Shown here: positions 47,336-56,953 of the stretch, piece by piece | How positions within the stretch are numbered: the first letter of the stretch is position 1 | Layout: each line of letters opens with the position of its first letter | Assembly (NCBI GenBank): GCA_004524565.1 | Contig: SDNZ01000004.1 | Span: 1-57,587, forward strand | Origin: Candidatus Thorarchaeota archaeon | GTDB lineage: Archaea; Asgardarchaeota; Thorarchaeia; Thorarchaeales; Thorarchaeaceae | Reading direction: 5' to 3' | Length of the DNA stretch: 57,587 bases | The notes under the pieces: generated by a model | Told to the model about the DNA's origin: nothing | Databases searched by the model: none | The model's input: the letters and a program-made list of their open reading frames with translations, nothing else | Made by a program: the position numbers and the translations under genes

Positions 47336-49087
47336 ATGGAAGAACAACTATGGCACAAATCGAGGTGGCCATCTGTAGTCAAGAAGACACTAGAATATCC
47401 AGATGAGCCGCTCTATATGTTGCTTGATAATATTGCAAAGAAACATCCAGATTCACCCTCAACCATATGGTCGGGTGTAACGAAGAGTTTCTCTGAAGTG
47501 AAAGACCATGCAGACAGGATTGCGAATTTCCTGATAAGCAGGGGAATAAAGAAAGGAGATAGAGTAGGAATATTCCTTCCAAATCTGCCACAATATCCTC
47601 CAATCTTCTTTGGAATTCTGAAGACGGGAGCAATTGCTGTAACCTGTAATCCATCATATACCGAAGGAGAGCTGAATTTCCAGCTTGAAGATGCAGGCGT
47701 CAAGGCTGTATTCTGTATGGATGACAAGAGATTCACCCCCACGACCTACAAAGCAATCAAAGGAACAGATGTCGATACAGTTGTGGTCTGTAGTGTAAAG
47801 AGCTTCCTACCTAAGGCCAAGGCAGTTATTGGAGGGCTCATAGGTAAGATACCCAAGAGTCCATATTATGAAGATGGTATCACATTCTTTTATGATAATG
47901 TCGTCACAGAGTATCCAGCTGAAGTTCCGGATGTCAAAATCAATGCAAAGGAAGACCTTGCTCTTATTTTGTACACAGGAGGAACCACCGGAACTCCAAA
48001 GGGAGCCATGCTGACGCATCGCAATTTGTACTCAAATGTAATGCAAATTGATGAGTGGGTTCAACTAGTACCTCCTGGTGGTGGAACACCAGAGAAATTG
48101 AAGGGTGGAGAGGACATCTATGTTGGAGCCCTACCGTGGTACCATTCGTATGGCCTGACCCTCACAATGATTGCATCCTACTTAATCGGAAGTTCCGTAA
48201 TCTGTATTCCAGATCCACGAGCAGGAAAACCCCCATTGACGGAGTTATTGGCAGATGTTCAGAAATACAAGGGAACTGTCATGCACTGTGTTCCAGCTCT
48301 CTATGCAGGGATGGTGAATCATCCAAATGTTGCAAAATACGATCTATCATCAATCAAGGCATGTGGATCGGGTGCAGCACCATTGCCACCAGAACTCGCT
48401 AAGAACTTTGAAGCAGCAACAGGAGCTATTGTATTCGAAGGTTACGGATTAACTGAGACTTCACCTATGACTCATGCAAATCCATCATTTACCGACCTTC
48501 GTAAATTCGGTGCAATTGGTGTTCCAATTCCAGATACGCATTCAGTCATCGTCGATATGGAAACTGGCACTAAAGTGTTAGCCCAAGGAGAAACTGGTGA
48601 GATTGCAGTCAATGGCCCCCAGGTGTTCAAAGGTTATTGGAACAAGGAGAAAGAGACCGCTGATGTCTTCCGAAAGATTGGCGGAAAGGATTATTTCTTG
48701 ACTGGTGATATCGGTCACATCGACGAAGATGGCTTCTTCGTAATCTCGGACAGAAAGAAGGACATGGTGAACGTTGGAGGCCTCAAGGCATATCCACGAG
48801 AGATTGAGGATACTCTATACGAGCATCCAGCAATAGCGATGGCTGCGGCCATTGGAGTACCTAGAAACGATGATACTGGTAATGAATTTGTCAAGGCTTT
48901 CGTTGTTCTCAAGGAGGGGCAGTCAGCAACTCCTGATGAGATAGTTGCCTGGGCAAAGGATAAACTCGCAGGGTACAAGAGACCTCGTGAAGTTGAAATC
49001 GTAGACGAACTCCCAGTCAGCACAGCAGGTAAGGTCCTTCGAAGAGAACTCCGCGCAAAGGAGCTCGAGAAGAGAGGTCTATCATAG
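47336..49087 (+). CDS. fadD: Long-chain acyl-CoA ligase (paralog 1)
   Basis: YTGGTTGTPKG, EGYGLTE, TGD, DRKKD, GKVLRR. Confidence 0.92.
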   Translation: MEEQLWHKSRWPSVVKKTLEYPDEPLYMLLDNIAKKHPDSPSTIWSGVTKSFSEVKDHADRIANFLISRGIKKGDRVGIFLPNLPQYPPIFFGILKTGAIAVTCNPSYTEGELNFQLEDAGVKAVFCMDDKRFTPTTYKAIKGTDVDTVVVCSVKSFLPKAKAVIGGLIGKIPKSPYYEDGITFFYDNVVTEYPAEVPDVKINAKEDLALILYTGGTTGTPKGAMLTHRNLYSNVMQIDEWVQLVPPGGGTPEKLKGGEDIYVGALPWYHSYGLTLTMIASYLIGSSVICIPDPRAGKPPLTELLADVQKYKGTVMHCVPALYAGMVNHPNVAKYDLSSIKACGSGAAPLPPELAKNFEAATGAIVFEGYGLTETSPMTHANPSFTDLRKFGAIGVPIPDTHSVIVDMETGTKVLAQGETGEIAVNGPQVFKGYWNKEKETADVFRKIGGKDYFLTGDIGHIDEDGFFVISDRKKDMVNVGGLKAYPREIEDTLYEHPAIAMAAAIGVPRNDDTGNEFVKAFVVLKEGQSATPDEIVAWAKDKLAGYKRPREVEIVDELPVSTAGKVLRRELRAKELEKRGLS

Positions 49088-49097
49088 ACCAAGTATA

Positions 49098-49132
49098 GCG
49101 GGAGTGTAATCTCCCGCAACTCTATTTTTTTC
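49098..49132 (+). terminator. Hairpin plus T-tract between the fadD paralogs
   Basis: GCGGGAG-TGTAAT-CTCCCGC, then a T-run. Confidence 0.55.
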
Positions 49133-49250
49133 ATACAAACGAATTTCCGTTTGGTTCTACGTTTTTCCCAAAACCTCAACAAATATCAGAAGAGGAAGCA
49201 ATACAAAAAAGAATGGAGTTTACATCCAATAATAGAGGAGTTTGAAGAAT

Positions 49251-51002
49251 ATGGATGAAATGTACTGGTTGTCAGGAGCGGCATGGCCACAACATGCTCG
49301 CAAAACAATAGATTATCCAAAAGAACCGTTGTTTACAATGCTAGATAGATCAGCTGACAATAATGGTGACTCGCCCTATACAGTGTTCATGGGTAAATCA
49401 CAGACCTTTGCAGAAGTTCGTGATACCACAAATAGGATTGCTAACTTCCTTGTCAGTAAAGGAATCAAGACCGGGGACAAGGTAGCTATTTTCTTACCTA
49501 ATATGCCTCACTTTCCACCGGTTTTCTTTGGAGCACTCAAGGCAGGAGCTAAGGTAGTTACATGCAATCCAATGTACAAATCAGGAGAATTGAATTACCA
49601 GCTGAGTGACACTGGAGCTAAGATTGTTTTTGTACTCGACCATCCCACCTTCACACCTACTTGTTATGAGGCAATCAAGGAAACAGACGTACATACAGTA
49701 GTTGTTTGCAGCGTGAAATCGTACCTCTCGAAAGCAACTGCTATCATTGGAGGCCTCATTGGAAAAGTTCCGAAGAGTCCATACTATGAAGAAGACAAAA
49801 CCGTATTCTATGAACAAATTCTATCAGACTATGAACCTGAAGCTCCAGAAGTAGATGTAGATCCAATGGATACTGCAGTTCTAATATACACAGGGGGCAC
49901 CACTGGATCGCCTAAGGGGGCAGAACTCACTCACTACAATTTGACTTCCAATATACTCCAAATTGCAGAATGGGTGTATCTTGAGGAAGAAGATACAGAT
50001 AGACCAGGTGGAGTTCGACATGGCGAAGAAGTTTTCGTTGGAGCTATTCCTTGGTATCATAGTTACGGATTAACACTGACTATGTTGATGTCAACTTGGT
50101 TTGCAGGTCAACTTGTATGCATTCCAGACCCGAGGTCAGGCAAACCGCCACTTTCGGATCTACTGAAAGAATTAGAAAAGACAAAAGGAACCGTCTTTAA
50201 TTGTGTACCAGCTCTTTACGCTGGTATAGCAAACCATCCAGATGTTGGAAAATATGATTTATCATCGGTCAATATCTGCAGCTCAGGAGCAGCGCCATTA
50301 CCACCAGAAGTAGCGAAAGCATTCGAGGCGGTAACAGGAACACTTCTTTTCGAAGGATATGGTCTCACAGAAACATCCCCCGTAACGCACATCAATCCGA
50401 CCACTAGCAAACACAGAAAATTTGGTTCTATTGGTCTCCCAATATCGGATACTATCTGTAAGATTCTAGATATGGAAACTGGAACAAAAGAGATGGCAAT
50501 GGGAGAGATTGGAGAAATAGCTGTTCACGGGCCTCAGGTAATGAAACAATACTATAAGAAATCAGAAGAAACCGCCTTAGTAATGCGTGAAATCAATGGT
50601 AAACGATTCTTTCTAACAGGAGATGTTGGGCACATGGACGAAGACGGTTATACCTTCATCAGTGATAGGAAGAAGCAGATGATCAATGTTGGAGGAATGA
50701 AAGCCTATCCCAGAGAGATTGAAGATATTCTCTTCACTCATCCCAAGGTGAAGATTGCAGCAGCAATTGGACTACCTAGATTTGATGATCCGAGTAATGA
50801 GTTTGTTAAGGCATACATTGTTCTAAAAGAAGGAGAGACTGGTACACCAGAGGAATTCATCGAGTGGGCACGAGATAAGATGGCAGGTTACAAACGTCCT
50901 AAGGAAGTCGATATTGTAGATGACCTACCGATGAGTTCAGTAGGAAAGGTGCTACGGAAAGTCCTTCGTGACCTGGAGATGCAAAAGAGAGCAAATGACT
51001 AG
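49251..51002 (+). CDS. fadD: Long-chain acyl-CoA ligase (paralog 2)
   Basis: YTGGTTGSPKG, EGYGLTE, TGD; colinear with paralog 1. Confidence 0.92.
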   Translation: MDEMYWLSGAAWPQHARKTIDYPKEPLFTMLDRSADNNGDSPYTVFMGKSQTFAEVRDTTNRIANFLVSKGIKTGDKVAIFLPNMPHFPPVFFGALKAGAKVVTCNPMYKSGELNYQLSDTGAKIVFVLDHPTFTPTCYEAIKETDVHTVVVCSVKSYLSKATAIIGGLIGKVPKSPYYEEDKTVFYEQILSDYEPEAPEVDVDPMDTAVLIYTGGTTGSPKGAELTHYNLTSNILQIAEWVYLEEEDTDRPGGVRHGEEVFVGAIPWYHSYGLTLTMLMSTWFAGQLVCIPDPRSGKPPLSDLLKELEKTKGTVFNCVPALYAGIANHPDVGKYDLSSVNICSSGAAPLPPEVAKAFEAVTGTLLFEGYGLTETSPVTHINPTTSKHRKFGSIGLPISDTICKILDMETGTKEMAMGEIGEIAVHGPQVMKQYYKKSEETALVMREINGKRFFLTGDVGHMDEDGYTFISDRKKQMINVGGMKAYPREIEDILFTHPKVKIAAAIGLPRFDDPSNEFVKAYIVLKEGETGTPEEFIEWARDKMAGYKRPKEVDIVDDLPMSSVGKVLRKVLRDLEMQKRAND

Positions 51003-51086
51003 TGAATCATCATTTCTCCACGGATTTATTAGATAGTGTTAGCTCTATTTTCGAGACCTACTCTATTCAATGTGGAGTTGTATGAA

Positions 51087-51716
51087 ATGGCCTCATGGAA
51101 GAGAATTAGTGCATACTTGGGAATAATTGGTGGGATGATTTTCATAATTGTGACATTCATTGCAATGTTGACATACCCAGGAGGATATTCGTTCATAGAT
51201 TATCCTTTCAGTGCTCTTGGATTGACTGTTATCAATAGCACACCATCAATGCTGAATTACTTTCTATTCGTAATAGCGTGTACGAGTGCAGCTGTCTGTT
51301 TAGTACCGTTCTCGCTTGCAATTCGAACGGTGTTCACAGATACTACATTGCTAAAATTACTGAGTTGGGTGGGAACTATTCTAATATTAGCATCTGCACC
51401 AAACCTGTCAGCACTTTCTCTATTTGCAGGGAACGTGTTCCCAGCTGAACATGGTCTAACCACATTGTTGTTCTTCATTCTTATCACATTGGGAGTTCTA
51501 TTCTATTCCATTGCAACTCTTCTGAATAGCGAATATAACAATCTCTATGGATTGATTGGATGCATTGTTGTAGTAGTGTGTTTCATGTACATTGGGGCAT
51601 TTTTCAGTCCGCTCTTTGCATCATTTGGAACCGCACTATGGCAGAAAGTTTCAGTCTATGCATTGATTCTTTGGTCAGCGTTTCAGGGATACTACTTGCT
51701 AAAGAGATTCGAATGA
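51087..51716 (+). CDS. DUF998-like membrane protein
   Basis: YPGGYSF...FS.LG, H..., WQK motifs; five TMs; start moved to ATG 51087. Confidence 0.75.
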   Translation: MASWKRISAYLGIIGGMIFIIVTFIAMLTYPGGYSFIDYPFSALGLTVINSTPSMLNYFLFVIACTSAAVCLVPFSLAIRTVFTDTTLLKLLSWVGTILILASAPNLSALSLFAGNVFPAEHGLTTLLFFILITLGVLFYSIATLLNSEYNNLYGLIGCIVVVVCFMYIGAFFSPLFASFGTALWQKVSVYALILWSAFQGYYLLKRFE

Positions 51717-51724
51717 AGAACTAA

Positions 51725-51758
51725 GAAACTGGGTGAGTGCGTTCTCCCCGTAGTTTCA
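51725..51758. terminator. Imperfect hairpin between convergent genes
   Basis: GAAACT-GGG-GAG pairing with CTC-CCC-AGTTTC. Confidence 0.45.
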
Positions 51759-51759
51759 T

Positions 51760-52845
51760 TCATACTCGCTCGAAGGTTGCTCTCATAGTTCCACCACAAT
51801 AACCACACTTGGCTTCAAGCGGTCCAACCCAATCAACACCCTCATGAGAAACTTCAGCTCCGCATGAAGGGCATTTCAAGGGTAGACGGACAGTTGTGGT
51901 CTGACTGCCATGAGATTGGATACTTTTTTGATGTTTGTCTGGAATTACATGTATTGGTGCTTCAACAGCGATACTCTCGTAGACCTCTCTTCCTTTGCGT
52001 CCACTTATGTAACTAGCTAAGCTTCCAATGCAAATTGGAACAAAAGTTACAACAATGATGATTATGAAAATCCAATCATCTTCATCAAGTGATGCTAAGA
52101 ATCCAGGAACGTGACTGTCATCATAAATCCCGATGTCGTAGTAACCGCTGGTGTCGTGGTATACTGAATTTTCGCTGACTGCAATATATACAGTGGAACT
52201 CGAGTTTAGTGTGAAATCAATACGTGGATGATTACCTGTGCCACTTCCACTTACAGCAATTATGTTTGAACCAGAAATATCCCATGAAACAGTAATCTTG
52301 ACTTCAATATCATCCCAATCAGGTTCGATTACTACTGTCCAGTGCCCAGCTTCTAAATCTGTTACATAACTATTGGTTGATCCAGAGTACAGATATTCAT
52401 CAGTTCTTGGAACGTTAGAGACAATAGATGGCAAAATTCCAGGAACATGACTGTCGTCATAGATACCTATGTCATAGTAACCGCTGGTGTCATGGTATAC
52501 TGAATTTTCGCTGACTGCAATATATACAATTGAACTCGAGTTTAGTGTGAAATCGGCATATGGAAAATTACCTGCGTCATTTCCGCTCACAGTAACTATG
52601 TTTGAACCAGAAATATCCCATGAAACAGTAATCTTGACCTCAAGTTCATACCATGGATCTAAATTGGCAACCACTGTCCAGTGTCCTGCTTCTAAATCTG
52701 CTACATAACTGTTGGTTTCCCCAGAATACAGATATTCATCAGTTCTTGGAATGTTAGTGACAATGTCATCTTGAGCAGTAACAGTTCCAATTAGCAAAAA
52801 CATGGATACTAATAGAATTCCGAGAACGAGTCGTTGGTTGTCCAT
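51760..52845 (-). CDS. Single-pass membrane protein with two tandem extracellular repeats and a cytoplasmic zinc ribbon
   Basis: Signal peptide, two ~110-aa repeats, TM, CPSCG...CGYCG. Confidence 0.85.
   Translation of the reverse strand: MDNQRLVLGILLVSMFLLIGTVTAQDDIVTNIPRTDEYLYSGETNSYVADLEAGHWTVVANLDPWYELEVKITVSWDISGSNIVTVSGNDAGNFPYADFTLNSSSIVYIAVSENSVYHDTSGYYDIGIYDDSHVPGILPSIVSNVPRTDEYLYSGSTNSYVTDLEAGHWTVVIEPDWDDIEVKITVSWDISGSNIIAVSGSGTGNHPRIDFTLNSSSTVYIAVSENSVYHDTSGYYDIGIYDDSHVPGFLASLDEDDWIFIIIIVVTFVPICIGSLASYISGRKGREVYESIAVEAPIHVIPDKHQKSIQSHGSQTTTVRLPLKCPSCGAEVSHEGVDWVGPLEAKCGYCGGTMRATFERV
52102..52764. repeat. Intragenic direct repeat, two copies with a 336-339 bp offset
   Basis: About 52102-52425 and 52438-52764; long identical runs such as TGGTATACTGAATTTTCGCTGACTGCAATATATACA. 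Confidence 0.9.
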
Positions 52846-52897
52846 CTTGAGTACCTAAATCATTGCGAATTATTGCAGATTATTATAGTTGCTGGGA

Positions 52898-53425
52898 TTA
52901 TGGATTCATACCAGAGTCGGATGTCTTATGGGTCTTTCCTAGTTCAACATACAACCTTGCACCTACCATGAAAGATTCACGTAAACCTGCGGGTACTTCT
53001 TTTACGACCTTGCCAGGAATTCCCAATACTAGACTTCCATCAGGAATGATTGTTCCATTTGTAACAACAGACCCTGCCCCGATTACGCAGTCCTTTCCAA
53101 CCTTTGCACCATCAAGAACAATTGACCCCATTCCTACGACTGTGCGGTCTCCAATCTCACAAGCGTGTATCACACAATTATGACCTGCAGTCACGTAGTC
53201 ACCAATGGTCGTTGGATTTGTGACCGTTGTATGCACGGTACAATTATCCTGAATTGAGGTCCCCTTTCCAACTCTAATATAGTTCATATCAGCACGAAGC
53301 ACTGCAAACTCCCAGATGCTTGCGTCAGCTGCAATCTCAATATCACCTATCAATGATGCACGGGGGGAAACGTAAGCTTCAGGATCAACTTTAGGTTTCT
53401 TACCATCAAATTCGTAGAGACCCAA
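52898..53425 (-). CDS. Gamma-class carbonic anhydrase family protein (YrdA/PaaY-like)
   Basis: VLRAD, IQDN..H, GH..VIHAC, hexapeptide repeats. Confidence 0.92.
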   Translation of the reverse strand: MGLYEFDGKKPKVDPEAYVSPRASLIGDIEIAADASIWEFAVLRADMNYIRVGKGTSIQDNCTVHTTVTNPTTIGDYVTAGHNCVIHACEIGDRTVVGMGSIVLDGAKVGKDCVIGAGSVVTNGTIIPDGSLVLGIPGKVVKEVPAGLRESFMVGARLYVELGKTHKTSDSGMNP

Positions 53426-53536
53426 TTTTCACACCTGATACGGCAGGAACAGTTCTGTATCTTTAAGACTATCGTAATAGCCAGAACACATTTTACATCC
53501 CTAGTCACATCATTCAATGCATTCGGAGAGAGAAAA

Positions 53537-55255
53537 ATGATACTGCTGGATCCAAACAATCTAACCCGAAAATATCCCGATGAAGAATCCAAAGAGATAA
53601 TGAGGAAGACTGTAGAATTCTTTGAGAACAAAGGAAAAGTTGCTCTCAAGAACGATGATCATGAGAGAGTATGGTATCAAGACTTTCTTGATTTTCTGAA
53701 GAAAGAAAAGATACTCTACAAAATGCTAACTCCCAGTCAATATGGTGAGGAAGGATGCAGATGGGATACCTGGCGGAATATGGAATTCAATGAGATTCTT
53801 GCATTCTATGGATTGCACTATTGGTACACATGGCAAGTCACGATTCTTGGACTGGGACCAATCTGGATGAGCAAGAATGAGAATGCTAAGAAGAAAGCAG
53901 CAGAATATCTGAAACAAGGTGAGGTCTTTGCTTTTGGACTGAGTGAAAAGGATCATGGAGCTGACCTCTATTCGTCAGAAATGGCATTGAAAGTCCTAGA
54001 AGATGGGAAGTACGTTGCAAATGGATCAAAGTACTATATTGGAAATGGAAATGTAGCACGAATGGTTTCCGTCTTTGGAAAAACGGATGTTTTTTCATAC
54101 CCCGAAGACGAGAGATATGGTAACTATGTCTTCTTTGTTGCAGATTCGCAACATCCTAACTACGAATGTGTGAAGAACGTCGTGAATGTTCAATCGTATG
54201 TTGCAGAGTACAAATTAAATGATTATCCCATTAAAGATGAAGATATCCTCTCTAGAGGGCGAGAAGCATGGGATTGCACACTCAATACGGTCAATGTGGG
54301 TAAATTCAATCTAGGTTGGGCATCGATTGGTATATGCACACATGCATTCTACGAAGCAATCAATCATGCATCTAACAGACACCTCTATGGAAGCTGTGTA
54401 ACAGAGTTCTCGCATATCAAACAGTTCTTTGTAGATTCATATGCGCGGTTGGTTGCAATGAAGCTCTTTGCCTTACGGGGTGGGGACTACATGAGATCTT
54501 CATCCCCAGAGGACCGGAGGTATATCCTATACAATTCTCTAGTTAAGATGAAAGTAACCAGTGAAGGAGAGAAAGTGATTGATCTCCTCTGGGATATAAT
54601 AGCAGCCAGGGGATTCGAAGGTGAAACCTATTTCTCAATGGCCACACGAGATATTCGGGCACTACCAAAACTGGAAGGAACTGTACATGTCAATATGGCC
54701 CAGATTATCAAATTCATGCCTTCGTATTTCTTTATGCCCAAAGAATATCCTGAAGTTGGCACCATCACAGAACCAAAGAATGATGATTTCCTCTTTGATC
54801 AAGGTATCACTAAAGGATTGAGTCAAATCCAATTCCATAACTATCGAGATGTCTATGATACCGTGGACCTTCCCAATGTGAACATCTTCAAGAAACAAAT
54901 CGAGGTGTTCAATGAGTTCATGACTGAAGCAACACCTGATGAGAAACAGGGTGCAGATCTAGATTTCACATTGAACGCAGGAGAGCTATTCTCACTTGTT
55001 GTGTATGGACAACTGATAATCGAGAATGCAAGGATCTACAAAATCAGTGACCATCTACTTGACCAGATATTTGATTTCATGGTTCGTGACTGCTCAAGAT
55101 ATGCTCTGCAAATGCATTCGAAACAGGGCTCAACTGAGAAACAGCAAGAAATTCTGCTCAGAATGATAATGAAGCCAAATGTGGATAAAGAACGCTACGA
55201 AGCAATCGTGAAAGAAGTCTATGCGCTGAATGGAAGATATGATATGCAGAAATGA
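53537..55255 (+). CDS. Acyl-CoA dehydrogenase
   Basis: FGLSE..HGAD, NGSKYYIGN, KLEGT..VN. Confidence 0.9.
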   Translation: MILLDPNNLTRKYPDEESKEIMRKTVEFFENKGKVALKNDDHERVWYQDFLDFLKKEKILYKMLTPSQYGEEGCRWDTWRNMEFNEILAFYGLHYWYTWQVTILGLGPIWMSKNENAKKKAAEYLKQGEVFAFGLSEKDHGADLYSSEMALKVLEDGKYVANGSKYYIGNGNVARMVSVFGKTDVFSYPEDERYGNYVFFVADSQHPNYECVKNVVNVQSYVAEYKLNDYPIKDEDILSRGREAWDCTLNTVNVGKFNLGWASIGICTHAFYEAINHASNRHLYGSCVTEFSHIKQFFVDSYARLVAMKLFALRGGDYMRSSSPEDRRYILYNSLVKMKVTSEGEKVIDLLWDIIAARGFEGETYFSMATRDIRALPKLEGTVHVNMAQIIKFMPSYFFMPKEYPEVGTITEPKNDDFLFDQGITKGLSQIQFHNYRDVYDTVDLPNVNIFKKQIEVFNEFMTEATPDEKQGADLDFTLNAGELFSLVVYGQLIIENARIYKISDHLLDQIFDFMVRDCSRYALQMHSKQGSTEKQQEILLRMIMKPNVDKERYEAIVKEVYALNGRYDMQK

Positions 55256-55321
55256 GTACATTTCCCTGTATGTCGATAAGATAATTACCATTGAAAGCGG
55301 AGGAGGCTTTGTTGAGCCACT

Positions 55322-55900
55322 ATGCCAGTTACGCCACTTCATTATCCCTTTGCATTTCTGATATCTAAGAGCGATACACGACTATCACTACCTGCTCTGG
55401 TGGTTGGGTCCGTAATGCCGGATATTGAGGTTCCTCTAATGTGGATATTCTTCAGTAGTCTTCCAGATCATCTCTTCCTTCATAGCTTAATAGGTGCTGC
55501 AACTATAGGTACTCTGCTTACTGTGCTAGTTACCCGTTTCTTGTATACCCCTATCATTTCTACGATCTTTCAGGTTGATAGGATTGAGTTAGGTGAAATC
55601 TGTAGAATCACACCATGGTTGGTTGTTTCATCATTCATTGGTGTGATGTCGCATCTGATCTTGGATTTCCCAATGCATTGGTATAATCCGATTCTGTGGC
55701 CTTGGGTTGATCCATATACTATAGTTGGACCACTGGTACTTCTCTTCATGCCAACATACAGTTTTTGGGAGGCCTATAATATTGCCAGTGCATTAACCCA
55801 TATCGCGATGATAGTTCTTTGGATGGTAATTTTGGTAAAGATATATTCCAAGGGAAATCTATGGTTCAGGCATTGGGTTAGTGACTACTCGAAAAGATGA
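55322..55900 (+). CDS. DUF4184-like membrane metal-dependent hydrolase
   Basis: MP.TP.H, GSVMPD, HS, SHLILD...H. Confidence 0.78.
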   Translation: MPVTPLHYPFAFLISKSDTRLSLPALVVGSVMPDIEVPLMWIFFSSLPDHLFLHSLIGAATIGTLLTVLVTRFLYTPIISTIFQVDRIELGEICRITPWLVVSSFIGVMSHLILDFPMHWYNPILWPWVDPYTIVGPLVLLFMPTYSFWEAYNIASALTHIAMIVLWMVILVKIYSKGNLWFRHWVSDYSKR

Positions 55901-55926
55901 TTTCTTGATAGAGAGATGTTAGCAAG

Positions 55927-56865
55927 CTATCGAAAAGGTACAAACCATTCTTCAAGTGAAATATACGATTGTGAATCTAGCACATTATCATTCTCATAGA
56001 GTTCTCGTAGAAACTTATTGAAACTACTAATTGAATCAGTTCGTACCATCGTAAGAAGGCGATAGTCCTCACTTGTACGATAGAGATCCCAGACATTGTC
56101 ATTCTCAACCAATTTCATTGCAAGATCACTCACGGAGCCAGGTGATACTTTGATTCTGACATAGAATTTGATAGGAAGATCAATAAGACCAAAATCAATA
56201 TCGACTGAATAACCGATGATTGCACGTTTGAGTAACAATTTGTCAATTGCTTTTGATACCGCGGGTTGACTCAATTGAGGATTCATCAGAGTCCCGATTT
56301 TTTCCTGTGTGAGGGGATATGGATTCTCACTAGTGGGTTTTTGTCGATAGAGAATTCTAATGAGCTCCAATTCTTTTTCTGATAGGAGTGTTTCTGGAGT
56401 TTCTTTAGTAATAATTCTGAATCTATTCTTCTTGTAAGCTGTCAGTAACTGAACCAGGTCATACTTACCAGTTCCTGAGCTTGCTACTACTCTATCTACA
56501 CGATCCAATAAATCTTCAAAGATACCTTGCGAATTGTATCTAAAGAATCCGAGAAGTGAAAAGTCTCCAGAAATCCCATCAAGAGATTCAAGTTCTTCCA
56601 TTTCCATGAGTTTTTGACTAACATTGGATTCTCGGGGATTACTCTTCATAAACAAGATTGTTCCTCGTGCACCCTGTACAAGAGAGGGATTCACAATAGT
56701 TGTATACCCTCTAATGGCTCCACTCTTTACTAGCCCCTTGATTGTACGCGATACCCAATTACGACTTTTACCAATCATCTTTCCTATTAGGTCGGGACTG
56801 TATCGAGAATTCTGTACAAGTGCTTTCAAAACCAATCTTTCGACGTCTGATAATATAAGTTGCAT
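55927..56865 (-). CDS. Lrp/AsnC-family regulator with a duplicated HTH-RAM module
   Basis: Two HTH..I.GY segments, each followed by a RAM/ACT-like domain. Confidence 0.85.
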   Translation of the reverse strand: MQLILSDVERLVLKALVQNSRYSPDLIGKMIGKSRNWVSRTIKGLVKSGAIRGYTTIVNPSLVQGARGTILFMKSNPRESNVSQKLMEMEELESLDGISGDFSLLGFFRYNSQGIFEDLLDRVDRVVASSGTGKYDLVQLLTAYKKNRFRIITKETPETLLSEKELELIRILYRQKPTSENPYPLTQEKIGTLMNPQLSQPAVSKAIDKLLLKRAIIGYSVDIDFGLIDLPIKFYVRIKVSPGSVSDLAMKLVENDNVWDLYRTSEDYRLLTMVRTDSISSFNKFLRELYENDNVLDSQSYISLEEWFVPFR

Positions 56866-56876
56866 TATTTATTCCA

Positions 56877-56913
56877 CAATTTAGTGCATATTATTCTAAA
56901 TTGCTATGTAGCA
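56877..56913. promoter_or_regulatory. Inverted repeats in the lrp/ahcY divergent promoter
   Basis: CAATTTAG-N11-CTAAATTG (56877-56903) and TGCTA-TG-TAGCA (56902-56913). Confidence 0.45.
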
Positions 56914-56953
56914 TTCATATACTTTATGTTTTTATCAAATACTGTTGATAACA

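Noticed and set aside
52102-52764. Diversity-generating retroelement TR/VR pair
   Set aside because: No reverse transcriptase in the window, both copies are in frame in one gene, and the mismatches are not adenine-specific.
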